41,100 bases of DNA from the IMG/VR virus record IMGVR_UViG_3300005439_000007, positions 1-41,100 of that record, one strand, 5' to 3'. Of the stretch, positions 8,301 to 18,159 are shown piece by piece. The position numbers and the translations under genes were made by a program. Positions within the stretch are counted from its first letter, which is position 1. Every line of letters begins with the position of its first letter. This stretch comes from a virus. The notes beneath the pieces are model-generated. The model saw only the letters and a program-made list of their open reading frames with translations. It ran no database searches and was not told the DNA's origin.

Positions 8301-10279
8301 TGGCGTTGGTTTACAACCCGCTCGACGGCACCTACGTCGACGACGGCACGTTCTCGGCAACGCCTGTCGCTCCGGTCGCCAGTAGCTCGAACTTTTCGAA
8401 CGGCTACACCGGCAATTACACGGACCCGTACAACACGACGACGGGCATCCCGATGGCACCCGCTCCAGGGTACAGCGCCGGAGTTCCGTACAACCCAGCA
8501 GCTTGGCAGGGAGCTGGACAGCAAAGCTCGGCGTTCCCGACAACCGCAGCACCGTATAGCGGTTACTCGCCTCAGGATTACCTGCGGCAGATGGGCGTCA
8601 ACATCAACAATAGCGGCGCGAATAACACGCAGGTCCTCAACCAGCTCTCGCAAGCAGAGGGTGGGTTCTTCACCGGTCAGAATCAGATTCTCAACCAGAG
8701 CCAGGGCCTCGCCGACCAATCGCAGAACTGGGCCGATCAGCTCACGAACTTGAATGCCGGACTCGCAGGCGCGAGCTGGGGCAGCGCGCAGAATGCCAAC
8801 GCACAAGACCAGCAGACGCTCGGGCAGTACACGAGCGCGCTGAACAACCTGAATGGACTGTCGCTCGGCAACTACACGACGCTCGCGAATAACCTCGGCT
8901 CGCAGCCGGTACTCACGGCCGGCGGCTTCGGAGCTCCGGTCATCTCGCAAGCTGCGACCGCGCAGGCCGACCCGGCTTCGATCGCGGCGCAGAACGCGGC
9001 GCTCTCGCAGCTGCAGGGCTTCGCGAATGGCTCGCACGCGCTGACGTCGCAAGCCGCGCAGGCGTACGCCAACCCGCAGGATGTCGCGAACCAAGAGAAC
9101 GCGGCGAACGCCCTACAGGGCATCGCTGGCGGCTCGCTGAACGTCCAGAACGGCTCAGCCGACCCCCAGGCGTATGCGGCGGCGCACGACGCCCTCAACC
9201 AGCTCAGCGCGCTCACGACGCCGCAGAACACGGCCGCCGAGAAGTTCATCCTCGAGCAGGACCGGCTCGCACAAGAGCAGCAAGAGAGCGCGAGCCGGGC
9301 TGCGATCATGACCGACATGCGCCGCCGCGGCATGAGCGGATCGGGCATGGAGATCGGGCAGAACGCGCTCGCAGGCGCGCAGACCAGCGAGAACCGCCTA
9401 CTCGGCGATCTCGGCGCGCAGGCGCAAGCCGTTCAGCGCAGCATGCAGGCGCTGGGGATGTATGGCGACCTGTCGAGCCAGCTCAACTCGCAGGGAAACC
9501 AGGTCTCGGAGTTCAATTCCGGGCTGCAGGCGCAGGCCGAACAGGCGGCTTCGAACGCATACGCCACGCTGCGAGCACAGGGCTTCAGCGAGGAGTACGC
9601 GCGCGGCCAAGCCGCCGACGCGATGGCGCAGTTCAACACGAACGTCGAGTTGCAGGGCAGCGAAGCCAGCGGACAGCTCGCGAGCAACATGCGTCAGCAG
9701 TCGTTCAACGAATCATTCTCGCGCGGGAGCGCCGCGGACAGCGTCGCCGAGTTCAATAAGGCGCAGAGCCTCCAACAGCAGCGCTTCCAGGATGATTTCG
9801 CGGCGCAGCAACAACAGGCGCTTACGGGGCGCTACGTCGACATCGCGAACCAGGGCAACACGACGCTCGGTCAGCTCACGACGAATACCAACAACCTCGC
9901 CGGTGCACAGTTCGGCGTTACCGACGCGGCGAATCAACGCAACCAGTCGTCCATCGGGACGATCGGCGGCCTCGCCGCGAACAGCACGAACGCGCAGCAG
10001 AACGCGATCAACACGGGTCTCGGTGTGAACGGTCAGAGGCTCAACACGGCCGGTCAGCAGCTGCAGACGATGATGCAGCTCGGAGGCGCGCAGATCTCCA
10101 ACAACAACCAGCAGACCGGCCTGAACAACCAGGTATTGCAAGCAGGCATGGGCGTGATTGCGGGCCAGAACGCAGCGCAGCAAGCGCAGGACTTCGCGAA
10201 GCAGCAAAACAGTTTCCGGTTCGGCCTCGGCGGCAATCGCGGGTTGCTCGGCGGAAACCTCATCCCGGGGCTGATCTGA
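8300..10279 (+). CDS. Q/N/A-rich internal virion (ejection-like) protein (659 aa)
   Basis: GGAGG lies 6 nt upstream of ATG 8300 (GTG 8297 is also possible). It is helical and low-complexity and has an internal duplication, FSEEYARGQAADAMAQFN / FNESFSRGSAADSVAEFN. Confidence 0.5.
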   Translation: MALVYNPLDGTYVDDGTFSATPVAPVASSSNFSNGYTGNYTDPYNTTTGIPMAPAPGYSAGVPYNPAAWQGAGQQSSAFPTTAAPYSGYSPQDYLRQMGVNINNSGANNTQVLNQLSQAEGGFFTGQNQILNQSQGLADQSQNWADQLTNLNAGLAGASWGSAQNANAQDQQTLGQYTSALNNLNGLSLGNYTTLANNLGSQPVLTAGGFGAPVISQAATAQADPASIAAQNAALSQLQGFANGSHALTSQAAQAYANPQDVANQENAANALQGIAGGSLNVQNGSADPQAYAAAHDALNQLSALTTPQNTAAEKFILEQDRLAQEQQESASRAAIMTDMRRRGMSGSGMEIGQNALAGAQTSENRLLGDLGAQAQAVQRSMQALGMYGDLSSQLNSQGNQVSEFNSGLQAQAEQAASNAYATLRAQGFSEEYARGQAADAMAQFNTNVELQGSEASGQLASNMRQQSFNESFSRGSAADSVAEFNKAQSLQQQRFQDDFAAQQQQALTGRYVDIANQGNTTLGQLTTNTNNLAGAQFGVTDAANQRNQSSIGTIGGLAANSTNAQQNAINTGLGVNGQRLNTAGQQLQTMMQLGGAQISNNNQQTGLNNQVLQAGMGVIAGQNAAQQAQDFAKQQNSFRFGLGGNRGLLGGNLIPGLI

Positions 10280-11781
10280 TGGGCGGCTACAACTTCAATC
10301 TTCTCGGCGATGACGAAGAGCAAAAGAGGCTCGCTGATCAGCAAAGCGTGCTGCAGGAGCTCTTGGGCGGCGCTGACGATCACGCGCCGACGGTCGATCA
10401 GACGCCCGCGCCGTTGCAGGCTTCGACGACTGACCCGAAGGTGGCGGACTTCCAAGCTCGGCTCGATCAGGCGAAGGCAGCGCGCGCGTCGAGCATGGGC
10501 AGCACCGACGACTCGAGCGTGCTCGACGACCTCGTCGCGCAGCACGAGCACCGCAGCCACACCGCGGGCGACATCGACACTGCGCTCGCGATGCTGCTCG
10601 ACCTCGGCGCGAACAAGGGCCGCGGCCTCGGGCAAATCGTCGGGGCATACGCAAGCAACCGCGACCACGAAGCGTCGCAGGACGAGCACTTCAAGGAGCA
10701 GGTCGCGTTCGCCAAGGCGAAGCGCAAGGACGCGGATCCCGTCGCGGAGGCACTGCGTACGCAAGCCGTGATGAACGCGATGGGTGGTCACGAGACGCAA
10801 GAAGAACGCGAAAGGCGTCTTGCCGGGAAAGATGCGTATGCGCGTGCGAAGGAAACACCGGGCACTCCGGAGGCCGACGCAGTCGTGAAGCATGCATATG
10901 ACCTATCCCGCGGTCGTAAGGGTGGTCTGCTCGACGAGGAATACGATCAGGCCGATCGAAGTGCCGAAGTTGGAGCGAAGAAAGCCGCCGCGAGCACGAC
11001 CGCGAGCACGACCGCAAAGAACGAGACGCCGCCCGACATCACGCCTCAGCAACAGGCGGAGCTCGACCGCGAAGACCTGCGCATCGCGCAAGCGAAACAG
11101 GCGCACGAAGACGCGCAGATGAACGCCGAAGCGACGCGCGCGGCGACCGCGGAGACGCACCGGCAGGGCGAGCTCAATAGCTTCCGCACGCAGACCAAGG
11201 ATATGCTGACGGCGCTGCAGAAGGCGCGCGACCTGCAGAAGCAGATCGACGCAGCTCCGGGCAACGTGCCGGGGCTCAGCAACTGGCAATACAACGAGCC
11301 CAACCTGATGTTGGATCCCCAAGCGATCCACAACCAGGAGATCCTGCAGCAGCTCATCAACCCCGAGACGAAGCGCTACTTCGGCACGGCGGTGAGCGCG
11401 AACGAGGCGACCGCACGCGAGCGCGCGTATGGCACCGGACGACTGTCCGGCGAAGCAGCGCGCGAGGAAGCGATCAAGACGATCCGTGAGGGTCTCGAGT
11501 CGGGCGTCCGCGGCGCTGGTGTCGGACGCGAGGACGTCGCGCGGCAAGTGCTGAAGGAATACGGCCTCGACGACCTGATGCCGGCGCAAGCGGCTGCGGT
11601 GATCGATGACGCGCCCGCGAGCGCGCGAGACGCGCTTCCGCAAGCGCGCGTGCCAGATCCGCTCGACGTGCCGACAACCGCGGGTGGCATGCAGCAACTG
11701 CAGCAGTCCGCGCCTTCGCTCGGCGTGATGCCGGACTCGCTGCGCAAGAAGTACGAAAAGTACAGGGCGGGCGGCTTATGA
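10279..11781 (+). CDS. Internal virion (ejection-like) protein (500 aa)
   Basis: TGATG junction. It is charged and helical, and its size and position are comparable to podovirus ejection proteins. Confidence 0.45.
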   Translation: MGGYNFNLLGDDEEQKRLADQQSVLQELLGGADDHAPTVDQTPAPLQASTTDPKVADFQARLDQAKAARASSMGSTDDSSVLDDLVAQHEHRSHTAGDIDTALAMLLDLGANKGRGLGQIVGAYASNRDHEASQDEHFKEQVAFAKAKRKDADPVAEALRTQAVMNAMGGHETQEERERRLAGKDAYARAKETPGTPEADAVVKHAYDLSRGRKGGLLDEEYDQADRSAEVGAKKAAASTTASTTAKNETPPDITPQQQAELDREDLRIAQAKQAHEDAQMNAEATRAATAETHRQGELNSFRTQTKDMLTALQKARDLQKQIDAAPGNVPGLSNWQYNEPNLMLDPQAIHNQEILQQLINPETKRYFGTAVSANEATARERAYGTGRLSGEAAREEAIKTIREGLESGVRGAGVGREDVARQVLKEYGLDDLMPAQAAAVIDDAPASARDALPQARVPDPLDVPTTAGGMQQLQQSAPSLGVMPDSLRKKYEKYRAGGL

Positions 11782-13532
11782 GCGGCGGCACCGTTCACAT
11801 CAAGCTCGACAGCGGCGACGAGTACGACATGCCGGAGTCCGTCGCCATGCAGGCGATGAAGGACTTCGACGATCATGGCGTGAAGTTCACCGCCGACGAC
11901 GGCCAGAAGCAGACGGCGCAGCCGCAGTCGATGTTCACCGAGCCCGATCCGAACCTGAAGGCGCCAGACGCGCGGGGCGTGCTCGAGCAGCTGGTCGATC
12001 CGAGCGGTAGATATGGGCAAGCGGTAGCGGATACTGGCGGCGATCCAATCCAGGGCATGGTTGACGCCAATGGCGGACCCAACGCGATGCTGGAGCACCT
12101 CCTTAGCATCGTGTCTCCGGGAGGCGCTGAGGCTGGAGCAACCGAGAAGCTCGCTGATGGCATCTTGCCCTTCATCAAGAAGATCGGCGGCGGTACAGCG
12201 ACGGGCGCAATCGGTGGCGGCGCCATCCGTGCCGGAGATGCCTACCGAGCTGGAGATGACGACCAGCAGGTTTTGGAGCAGTTCATCAGCGGGCTGACGC
12301 CAGGTGCTATTACCGGCGGCTCGGTCGCACTGGCCGGCTCACTTGGTGCAAAGGCCGGTCTTGGAATCGAGAAAGCAGCCGCGGCGAATGCCGACTGGAC
12401 GCTCCTTCGATCGACCGGAATGACCGCTCAAGAAGTCCAGGCGCTTGGCGCCGAGGAGCGTGGCGCGCTCGCCGAGAAGATCCGCGACTCCGGCATGACC
12501 AAGGGTTTCGCGCCGAGCATGCGCACAATCAACGATCGCGCGAAGACATTCAAACAGGGCGGACTCGATCGGATGTCGACGAACGAAGATGCGATCAACG
12601 AGCTCGATCAACCGCCGAACGTTCCTATCGCCGACCTCATCAATCAACAGCGCTCCGAAGCAGCGCGTGAGGGCGCGCTGGCTCCTGCGGGCACCAATTC
12701 AGCTTCCGCCTATCGGTCAGGCACCGCCGATCGGCTCGAAGCCGACACGATTCAGCCAGGCAGAGGCCCTGTTGCGACGATGGAGCCCGCAGGCTGGAAC
12801 GGGCACCAGTACATGCAGCCCGGTGGAAAGGTCGACATCCCGAGCGGCGATCTGTCGTGGAAGCGCGCACTCGAACAACGCCGCGCGTTCGATGATCAGA
12901 CCAATTTCGCAGCGACCAACCAAACTGAGTCGAACCAGAACGCGATCAATAAGCAGTTCGGCGGCGGTCTTCGTGAGCGCATCGACGATGCGCTGAACGT
13001 GCCGAGTGTGCCGCCCGAGATGGCCGCGGGTTGGCGCGGTGGACGCGATGCATTCTCGCTCGGCAGCGACGTGTACGACACGAGCCTGCGCGGGATGCCG
13101 AGCAACAACGCGGGATACATTCCGACCAACGCATCGCAAGCGGCACAGCAAGCCGCAGGGTTCTTTGCACGGAACGGCGGCATGAGCGCGATCTCCAGCG
13201 TGTCAGACGCAACCGCAGGACTTGGTGACTTCGGCGCGCGCATGGGCATGTCCATGGCTAACGAAGCCGGCCGCGTTGGCCAGGGAGCGGCGAGCGCGAC
13301 CGAGCAGCTGCAGCAAGTGCAGAGTCAATCGCGCGGTCAGATGCAGCCGCAGATCGTGGAGTCGCTGCTCGACAGCAATCCGCAAGCGCTCGGTCCGTAT
13401 GCGCAGCCGCTCATGCAGGCGCGCAAGGACGGGACGCTCAACCAGAAGCTCACGCAGCTTCGCAACACCGACGACGTTTGGCAGCGGCAGTACATGCCGC
13501 AGCTGCAGCAGATGAGCGCGCAGGCGCAGTAA
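11778..13532 (+). CDS. Internal virion (ejection-like) protein (584 aa)
   Basis: ATGA overlap. G/A/Q-rich. No transglycosylase motif was recognised. Confidence 0.45.
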   Translation: MSGGTVHIKLDSGDEYDMPESVAMQAMKDFDDHGVKFTADDGQKQTAQPQSMFTEPDPNLKAPDARGVLEQLVDPSGRYGQAVADTGGDPIQGMVDANGGPNAMLEHLLSIVSPGGAEAGATEKLADGILPFIKKIGGGTATGAIGGGAIRAGDAYRAGDDDQQVLEQFISGLTPGAITGGSVALAGSLGAKAGLGIEKAAAANADWTLLRSTGMTAQEVQALGAEERGALAEKIRDSGMTKGFAPSMRTINDRAKTFKQGGLDRMSTNEDAINELDQPPNVPIADLINQQRSEAAREGALAPAGTNSASAYRSGTADRLEADTIQPGRGPVATMEPAGWNGHQYMQPGGKVDIPSGDLSWKRALEQRRAFDDQTNFAATNQTESNQNAINKQFGGGLRERIDDALNVPSVPPEMAAGWRGGRDAFSLGSDVYDTSLRGMPSNNAGYIPTNASQAAQQAAGFFARNGGMSAISSVSDATAGLGDFGARMGMSMANEAGRVGQGAASATEQLQQVQSQSRGQMQPQIVESLLDSNPQALGPYAQPLMQARKDGTLNQKLTQLRNTDDVWQRQYMPQLQQMSAQAQ

Positions 13533-13558
13533 CTCGGATGAACCGGGAGAGCTAACAG

Positions 13559-13933
13559 ATGGCCGTTGTCCAACCCTTCGTCAGTCAGTGGCGCCAATAC
13601 CTGAGCAACCAGGACGGCAGCACGAGCTTCAACGCCGGATGGATCGACACGCGCAAGTGTCGCGAGCTGGTCGCGCATGTGTCATGGACCGCGATCGCAG
13701 CGACGGCCGGCACGCTGGCGCTGCAAGGCAGCGAAGACGACTCGCTATCATCGACCACCGCGGTCACGCTCACTGCCACGGTCACGCACGGCGCACAGCC
13801 GACGGGCGGAACGGCGGGATCGTTGATCCTGGTGGTCGAGTACATCCCCAGCTTCGTGCGTCTCATCTACACGCGCACAGGCGGCGGCGGAGCCAACCAG
13901 TTCACCGCGTGGATCATGGGGCGCGCAACGTGA
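13559..13933 (+). CDS. Small beta-rich virion protein (124 aa)
   Basis: GGGAG RBS 10 nt upstream and GC3-rich codons. Confidence 0.6.
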   Translation: MAVVQPFVSQWRQYLSNQDGSTSFNAGWIDTRKCRELVAHVSWTAIAATAGTLALQGSEDDSLSSTTAVTLTATVTHGAQPTGGTAGSLILVVEYIPSFVRLIYTRTGGGGANQFTAWIMGRAT

Positions 13934-14298
13934 TCTACGAGCCTGAAGCCATCTACATCACGCCGCCGACTGGCTTCGACCAGGCGCTCGATGGCACGGG
14001 CGCGCTCGATCGGTGCCGCTCGCAGGTGATTGCGTTCACGACCGGCTCGAGCTCGCCGACGCAAATCACTGTCGGCGGTCCTGGCTGGTACACGATGACC
14101 GCTGACCAGAACGTGCAGGTGCGTTTCTGGACGAGCGATGGAAGCACCGGCGGCGCGGCGTTCAACGCGAACCAGTCGAGCGACTTCCCGCTCTGGCAGT
14201 ACGCGTATCTCAACATGGTGTTGAACGGGTACGTCTGGGTCCGCCTCAAGGGCATGACGTCGAGCGGGAATCTCTACATCTACTCGAGCAATAGGTGA
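13930..14298 (+). CDS. Small beta-rich virion protein (122 aa)
   Basis: GTGA overlap at 13930-13933, in the frame of listed ORF 13588..14298. Confidence 0.55.
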   Translation: MIYEPEAIYITPPTGFDQALDGTGALDRCRSQVIAFTTGSSSPTQITVGGPGWYTMTADQNVQVRFWTSDGSTGGAAFNANQSSDFPLWQYAYLNMVLNGYVWVRLKGMTSSGNLYIYSSNR

Positions 14299-14302
14299 AA
14301 GC

Positions 14303-14758
14303 ATGGCAACTGGATGGGGACGCCGTTCGCGCGTCGATTACTGCAGCAAGACACTCGTAGGTCAGACGCCGTCAGCGGCACCGAGCGCGTGGTGGGCTTC
14401 GCTCCACACCGGCAACCCTGGTGACGATGGGCAGACGGCCAACGAGGTCACCACGACGACCAGCGGCTATGCGCGCCAGTCGGTCACGTGGAACACACTC
14501 ACGGCGTATACGTCGGTGACCGTCGACACCGCGAGTACCGCGAGCAACAGTGCCCTGATCACGTTCGGTCCGAGTGCTGGAGCGAGCGCGGCGTGGGGAA
14601 CCATCACGTACGCGGGCGTGTGGATCAACGTCTCGAGCACGACCGAGGCTAACTACATGGGCCGCGCGCTCGCAAGCGCGAGCCAAAGCGTCGGCGGCGC
14701 GGGCATCTCGATCACCATCGCGGCGAGCGCGCTCACGATGGGAATCATCTCGGCCTGA
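14303..14758 (+). CDS. Small tail-associated protein (151 aa)
   Basis: A motif LHTGNPGDDGQTANEV...GYARQ recalls small phage tail or fibre-associated proteins. This is from memory only. Confidence 0.5.
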   Translation: MATGWGRRSRVDYCSKTLVGQTPSAAPSAWWASLHTGNPGDDGQTANEVTTTTSGYARQSVTWNTLTAYTSVTVDTASTASNSALITFGPSAGASAAWGTITYAGVWINVSSTTEANYMGRALASASQSVGGAGISITIAASALTMGIISA

Positions 14759-14760
14759 TC

Positions 14761-15036
14761 ATGCAGCTCAACACGCGCTACATCGAGAAGGAGACCGGGC
14801 TCGAAGTGTTGCTGTCCGTTCCGCAGCAGTGGGAGGGCTATCCGACGATCGCCCTCATCACATATCCGGACGGGCAGGTATACGCGATCCCGGACTCCGA
14901 CGTGAATCTCTACTTCGAGATCGTGAGGCCGCAGGAAGTTCGAATCGTGGCGTCTGGTGGCCCTCCTTTCGGCCGACCTTCGCCGCACCAGAATGCGCTG
15001 CGCGAGCAGTCCGAAAAATTATCGATCGTGAAGTGA
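14761..15036 (+). CDS. Hypothetical protein (91 aa)
   Basis: Starts 2 nt after the upstream stop and has GC3-rich codons. Confidence 0.55.
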   Translation: MQLNTRYIEKETGLEVLLSVPQQWEGYPTIALITYPDGQVYAIPDSDVNLYFEIVRPQEVRIVASGGPPFGRPSPHQNALREQSEKLSIVK

Positions 15037-15043
15037 GGCACAC

Positions 15044-15556
15044 GTGGCCAACGTCATCATCCAGATCGACCCGTCGACAGGTCGACCGCCCGGAACGCAG
15101 CTCCCAACCATGACGTACATCGCTGCTGGCACGGTGGGCACCAACCCGACGATCTTCGGTCCTGCGTTCGATGGCAGCGGCACGACAAAGCAGTACATGA
15201 ACTACGTGTTCCGCGCATCGAACTACGCGAGCGGAAATCTGACGGTGGACATCGATCACATCTGCACGGGCTCGGCGACGACGGGCACGGTCAAATGGGA
15301 GTGCGCGATCGCGGTAGTGGCGGCGGGCGCGGCAACGGCATTGACGACCAAGTCCTTCGCAACGGCGACGAGCACGACGACCACGGTCAACAGCACCTCG
15401 AAGGGCACATCTCGCTCGACTGTCACCGTGTCGAATCTCGATTCGCTTGCGATCGACAACATCGTCACGCTGCAGATCGATCGCGATCCCGCGAACGATA
15501 CATGCACCGACAACGCGCTCATCTATTGGATCACTGTCAGCTATCTCAGCACGTGA
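15044..15556 (+). CDS. Small beta-rich tail-associated protein (170 aa)
   Basis: GTG start with GAGG 5 nt upstream. T/S/A-rich. Confidence 0.55.
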   Translation: MANVIIQIDPSTGRPPGTQLPTMTYIAAGTVGTNPTIFGPAFDGSGTTKQYMNYVFRASNYASGNLTVDIDHICTGSATTGTVKWECAIAVVAAGAATALTTKSFATATSTTTTVNSTSKGTSRSTVTVSNLDSLAIDNIVTLQIDRDPANDTCTDNALIYWITVSYLST

Positions 15557-15564
15557 GGTGACGC

Positions 15565-17307
15565 GTGGCGGTCACGTTCTCGGGCACAACCCCGACATAC
15601 CTCAGTACGACGAGCGTACCGGCGAGCCAGACCCTCAAGGGCTCAGCGTGGACGATGTCAATCTGGGTCAACTGCTCGGGGAGCGGCGGCAATCTGGTGG
15701 ACGGCGCCGCTGGCGACAGCGGCGTCTACATGGGTATCGCGGGAAGCGGCACCAACGGATCGGCGTTCACTGACATCGTCAGCCTTCAAAACTCGGCGTC
15801 GAACGGCACTTTTTTTCAGGACCTATCGCAGAGCTCGCAAACACAAGAGCTCTTCATTCAAGGCAACTCGACGACCACCACCGTGTGGCGTCACTACGCC
15901 GCGACGTACGACGGATCGAACACGACCGGCGGCTGCAAGATCTACCAAAACGGCGCTGCCGTAACGCCGACGACGACCGGCGGAAGCCTGACGTCCACCG
16001 TCAGCTGGAACCGCATTATCGTCGGCGGATTCAATGGCGCGGCACAGGACGCGTGGCTTTTCAACCGCGTTCTTACAGCGGCGGAAATCGCTGCACTCTA
16101 CAACGGCGGCCGTGAAGTTGGCCTGAGCTACTCGAATCTCGTCGGCTATTGGCCGATGTACAACGGCGGCAACGCGGGCGTTGACTTCTCCGGCAACGGC
16201 CGAAACCTCACAGCGACCGGCACCGTCAGCGACTCGACGCTACAGGCGCCGCGGCCATGGTTCGGGAGGAGCCCGACGATCATCATCCCGGCGGCTTCGG
16301 CACTGGCAATCACGCCGGCCGGAACGACGCAAACAACGGGCGCCGTCACGCTCGGCGAGCTGGCAGCGATCACTCCAGCAGGTACTACCCAGACGACGGG
16401 CGCGGTCACGCTGACAGCGCTCAAATCGCTGGCGCCGGCGGGAACCACCAACGTCACCGGCGCCGTCTCGCTCACCGAGCTTGCGGCGCTTGCTCCCGCT
16501 GGGACGACGCAGACCACCGGCGCTGTCGCTTTGACGGCGATTGAAGCGCTCGCTCCTGCCGGTTCGACGAACACCACAGGTGCGGTGGCGCTGACCTCCA
16601 TCGAGGCACTGACGCCCGCGGGAACCACGAATGTGACCGGTGTCGTCGCGCTTGGATTGACGGCGCCACTCACGCCAGCAGGCACGTCAAATACGACAGG
16701 TGCTGTGTCGCTGGGAGTGTCCGCGAGTCTTGGCACAACGGCCGGGTCGAGCCAGACGACCGGATCGGTCACGCTCGGAAGCTCAGCCAATCAGGACCTC
16801 GGCGCGACCACTGGATCGACACAGACGTCTGGATCGGTTGCATTCACCGAGATCGCCGCCGTTGCTCCTGCGGGCACGACGCAGAGCACGGGGTCGGTCG
16901 CGCTGACGGCGCTGGAATCGGTCACACCGGCAGGAACAACGAACGCCACGGGCTCGGTCGGGCTGGGCCTCACTGCGCCGCTTGCAGCTCCTAGCGGCAG
17001 CACGCAGACGACAGGCGCGGTTCAGCTTGGGATCCTGCTGCAGTTCCCGGCTCTTGGATCCACGAACACGATCGGAGCAGTAGCGCTCACCGAGCTCGCT
17101 GCGCTCGCTCCCACCGGCACGACCAGCGTTACCGGAAGCTTCGCGATGGGCGCGAAAATGGCTCTTGCGCCGGGCGGAACAACGTCGTGCTTCGGGAGCG
17201 TCACGCTCGGCGGCGGGATAGGTCCAACGGTCACCGGCGGCCCGTTCAAGGGCAACGTGTCGCGCCGCACGATGTACGCGGGCAGGAGACGCATGCGGGT
17301 TGTATGA
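15565..17307 (+). CDS. Tail fibre or receptor-binding protein: N-terminal LamG_3 (concanavalin-like) domain plus about 15 tandem 20-aa repeats (580 aa)
   Basis: LamG_3 signatures are present: AWTMSIWVN, WRHYAATYDGS..GGCKIYQNGAAV, LFNRVLTAAEIAALYNGG and DFSGNGRNLTATG. GTG start with GAGG 6 nt upstream. Confidence 0.7.
   Translation: MAVTFSGTTPTYLSTTSVPASQTLKGSAWTMSIWVNCSGSGGNLVDGAAGDSGVYMGIAGSGTNGSAFTDIVSLQNSASNGTFFQDLSQSSQTQELFIQGNSTTTTVWRHYAATYDGSNTTGGCKIYQNGAAVTPTTTGGSLTSTVSWNRIIVGGFNGAAQDAWLFNRVLTAAEIAALYNGGREVGLSYSNLVGYWPMYNGGNAGVDFSGNGRNLTATGTVSDSTLQAPRPWFGRSPTIIIPAASALAITPAGTTQTTGAVTLGELAAITPAGTTQTTGAVTLTALKSLAPAGTTNVTGAVSLTELAALAPAGTTQTTGAVALTAIEALAPAGSTNTTGAVALTSIEALTPAGTTNVTGVVALGLTAPLTPAGTSNTTGAVSLGVSASLGTTAGSSQTTGSVTLGSSANQDLGATTGSTQTSGSVAFTEIAAVAPAGTTQSTGSVALTALESVTPAGTTNATGSVGLGLTAPLAAPSGSTQTTGAVQLGILLQFPALGSTNTIGAVALTELAALAPTGTTSVTGSFAMGAKMALAPGGTTSCFGSVTLGGGIGPTVTGGPFKGNVSRRTMYAGRRRMRVV
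16297..17214 (+). repeat. In-frame tandem repeat array, period 60 nt (20 aa), about 15 units, consensus xLAPAGTTQTTGAVxLTxLx
   Basis: PAG recurs at residues 251, 271, 291, 311, 331, 351 and 371 of the ORF, then in degenerate units. The units differ mainly at synonymous positions. Confidence 0.85.
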
Positions 17308-17555
17308 CCGCCAAAGACGCCGCCGTTTGGATCTCGATCATCACAGCGATCGCCGTTGGCGTTGCGCGCTTCGCAGCGGTCGAGGAGCGCCAGCAGAACC
17401 AGGCTTCGGGGCTCACTGACGTCCGCGGTTACCTGACGGCTGCCGAGAACCGCATCAGCGCGCTCGAGCGTGACCGAGCGCTGCTCGAACGGATCCACGC
17501 CATCGAGCTGCGGCTCGGTGCGCTCGAAGAACAATCGAAGGAGCACAGACGATGA
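17304..17555 (+). CDS. Membrane-anchored coiled-coil protein (83 aa)
   Basis: ATGA overlap with the fibre stop. It has an N-terminal TM helix (VWISIITAIAVGVA) followed by heptad-like helices. Confidence 0.6.
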   Translation: MTAKDAAVWISIITAIAVGVARFAAVEERQQNQASGLTDVRGYLTAAENRISALERDRALLERIHAIELRLGALEEQSKEHRR

Positions 17556-17794
17556 AGCCGACGATTTCACCTGAACTGCAACGCTGGGGAATGCGCGCGA
17601 TCGCGCTGGCTCTGGCCGGACTATCTGCACTGCTTCTGAAGCAGCAGCCGATCACGCTGGAGGCCGTGCTGTCGATCATTGCCGCAGCCATTGGCGGCAC
17701 AGCATTCGGCAACACGACGCTCGGGCCGGGGCACGTGGATGTCCAGACGCTTCCGGCTGAGATCCAGGAGTCGGTGCGCCCGCCGAAGCCGTGA
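17552..17794 (+). CDS. Two-TM small membrane protein, holin-like (80 aa)
   Basis: ATGA overlap. Two hydrophobic helices, AIALALAGLSALLL and VLSIIAAAIGGTAF. Confidence 0.5.
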   Translation: MKPTISPELQRWGMRAIALALAGLSALLLKQQPITLEAVLSIIAAAIGGTAFGNTTLGPGHVDVQTLPAEIQESVRPPKP

Positions 17795-18072
17795 ACGCGC
17801 GCGTCGAGCGCCACGTCGATCGGCTGGCGACTCGCATCATGCTGACCATCGTGTCGACGCTCGTGCGGGCGTACAACCTGCGCCTCGTGCCAGAGTCGGT
17901 CGAGCGCATCCGGCAAGTCGTCGAAGATGCGCTTCGCGAGGCGGCCACCGCCGGCAAGCTCGACGCTCTGCATCCGATCGAAGACACGCGGCCCGACCAA
18001 TCGATGATCGACACGCGGCCGATGAACAAGAAACCGCCTCCGCTGCCGCCTCCCAAGAAAAAGGACCCGTGA
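17791..18072 (+). CDS. Hypothetical protein with Pro/Lys-rich tail (93 aa)
   Basis: GTGA overlap. It is the last gene of the plus-strand late block. Confidence 0.55.
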   Translation: MNARVERHVDRLATRIMLTIVSTLVRAYNLRLVPESVERIRQVVEDALREAATAGKLDALHPIEDTRPDQSMIDTRPMNKKPPPLPPPKKKDP

Positions 18073-18131
18073 GCGTCGGGCGACAGAAAGCAGCCTCATC
18101 ACGACGCGTGCGCTTCCACCGACGCCCACGG

Positions 18132-18159
18132 GTTTGACCGCGACCATCGCGGATCAAAC
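18132..18159. other. 12-bp hairpin (one bulge) GTTTGACCGCGA-cca-TCGCGGATCAAAC
   Basis: Lies in the lower-GC convergent gap after the late block. It is not followed by a clear U-run. Confidence 0.4.

Noticed and set aside
16297-17214. Regular 60-nt periodic repeats, considered as a possible CRISPR array or a DGR variable region.
   Set aside because: The repeats are in frame within a long ORF, contiguous with no spacers, and diverged at synonymous sites. No cas genes, no reverse transcriptase (no YxDD-type ORF) and no template-repeat copy occur elsewhere in the genome.
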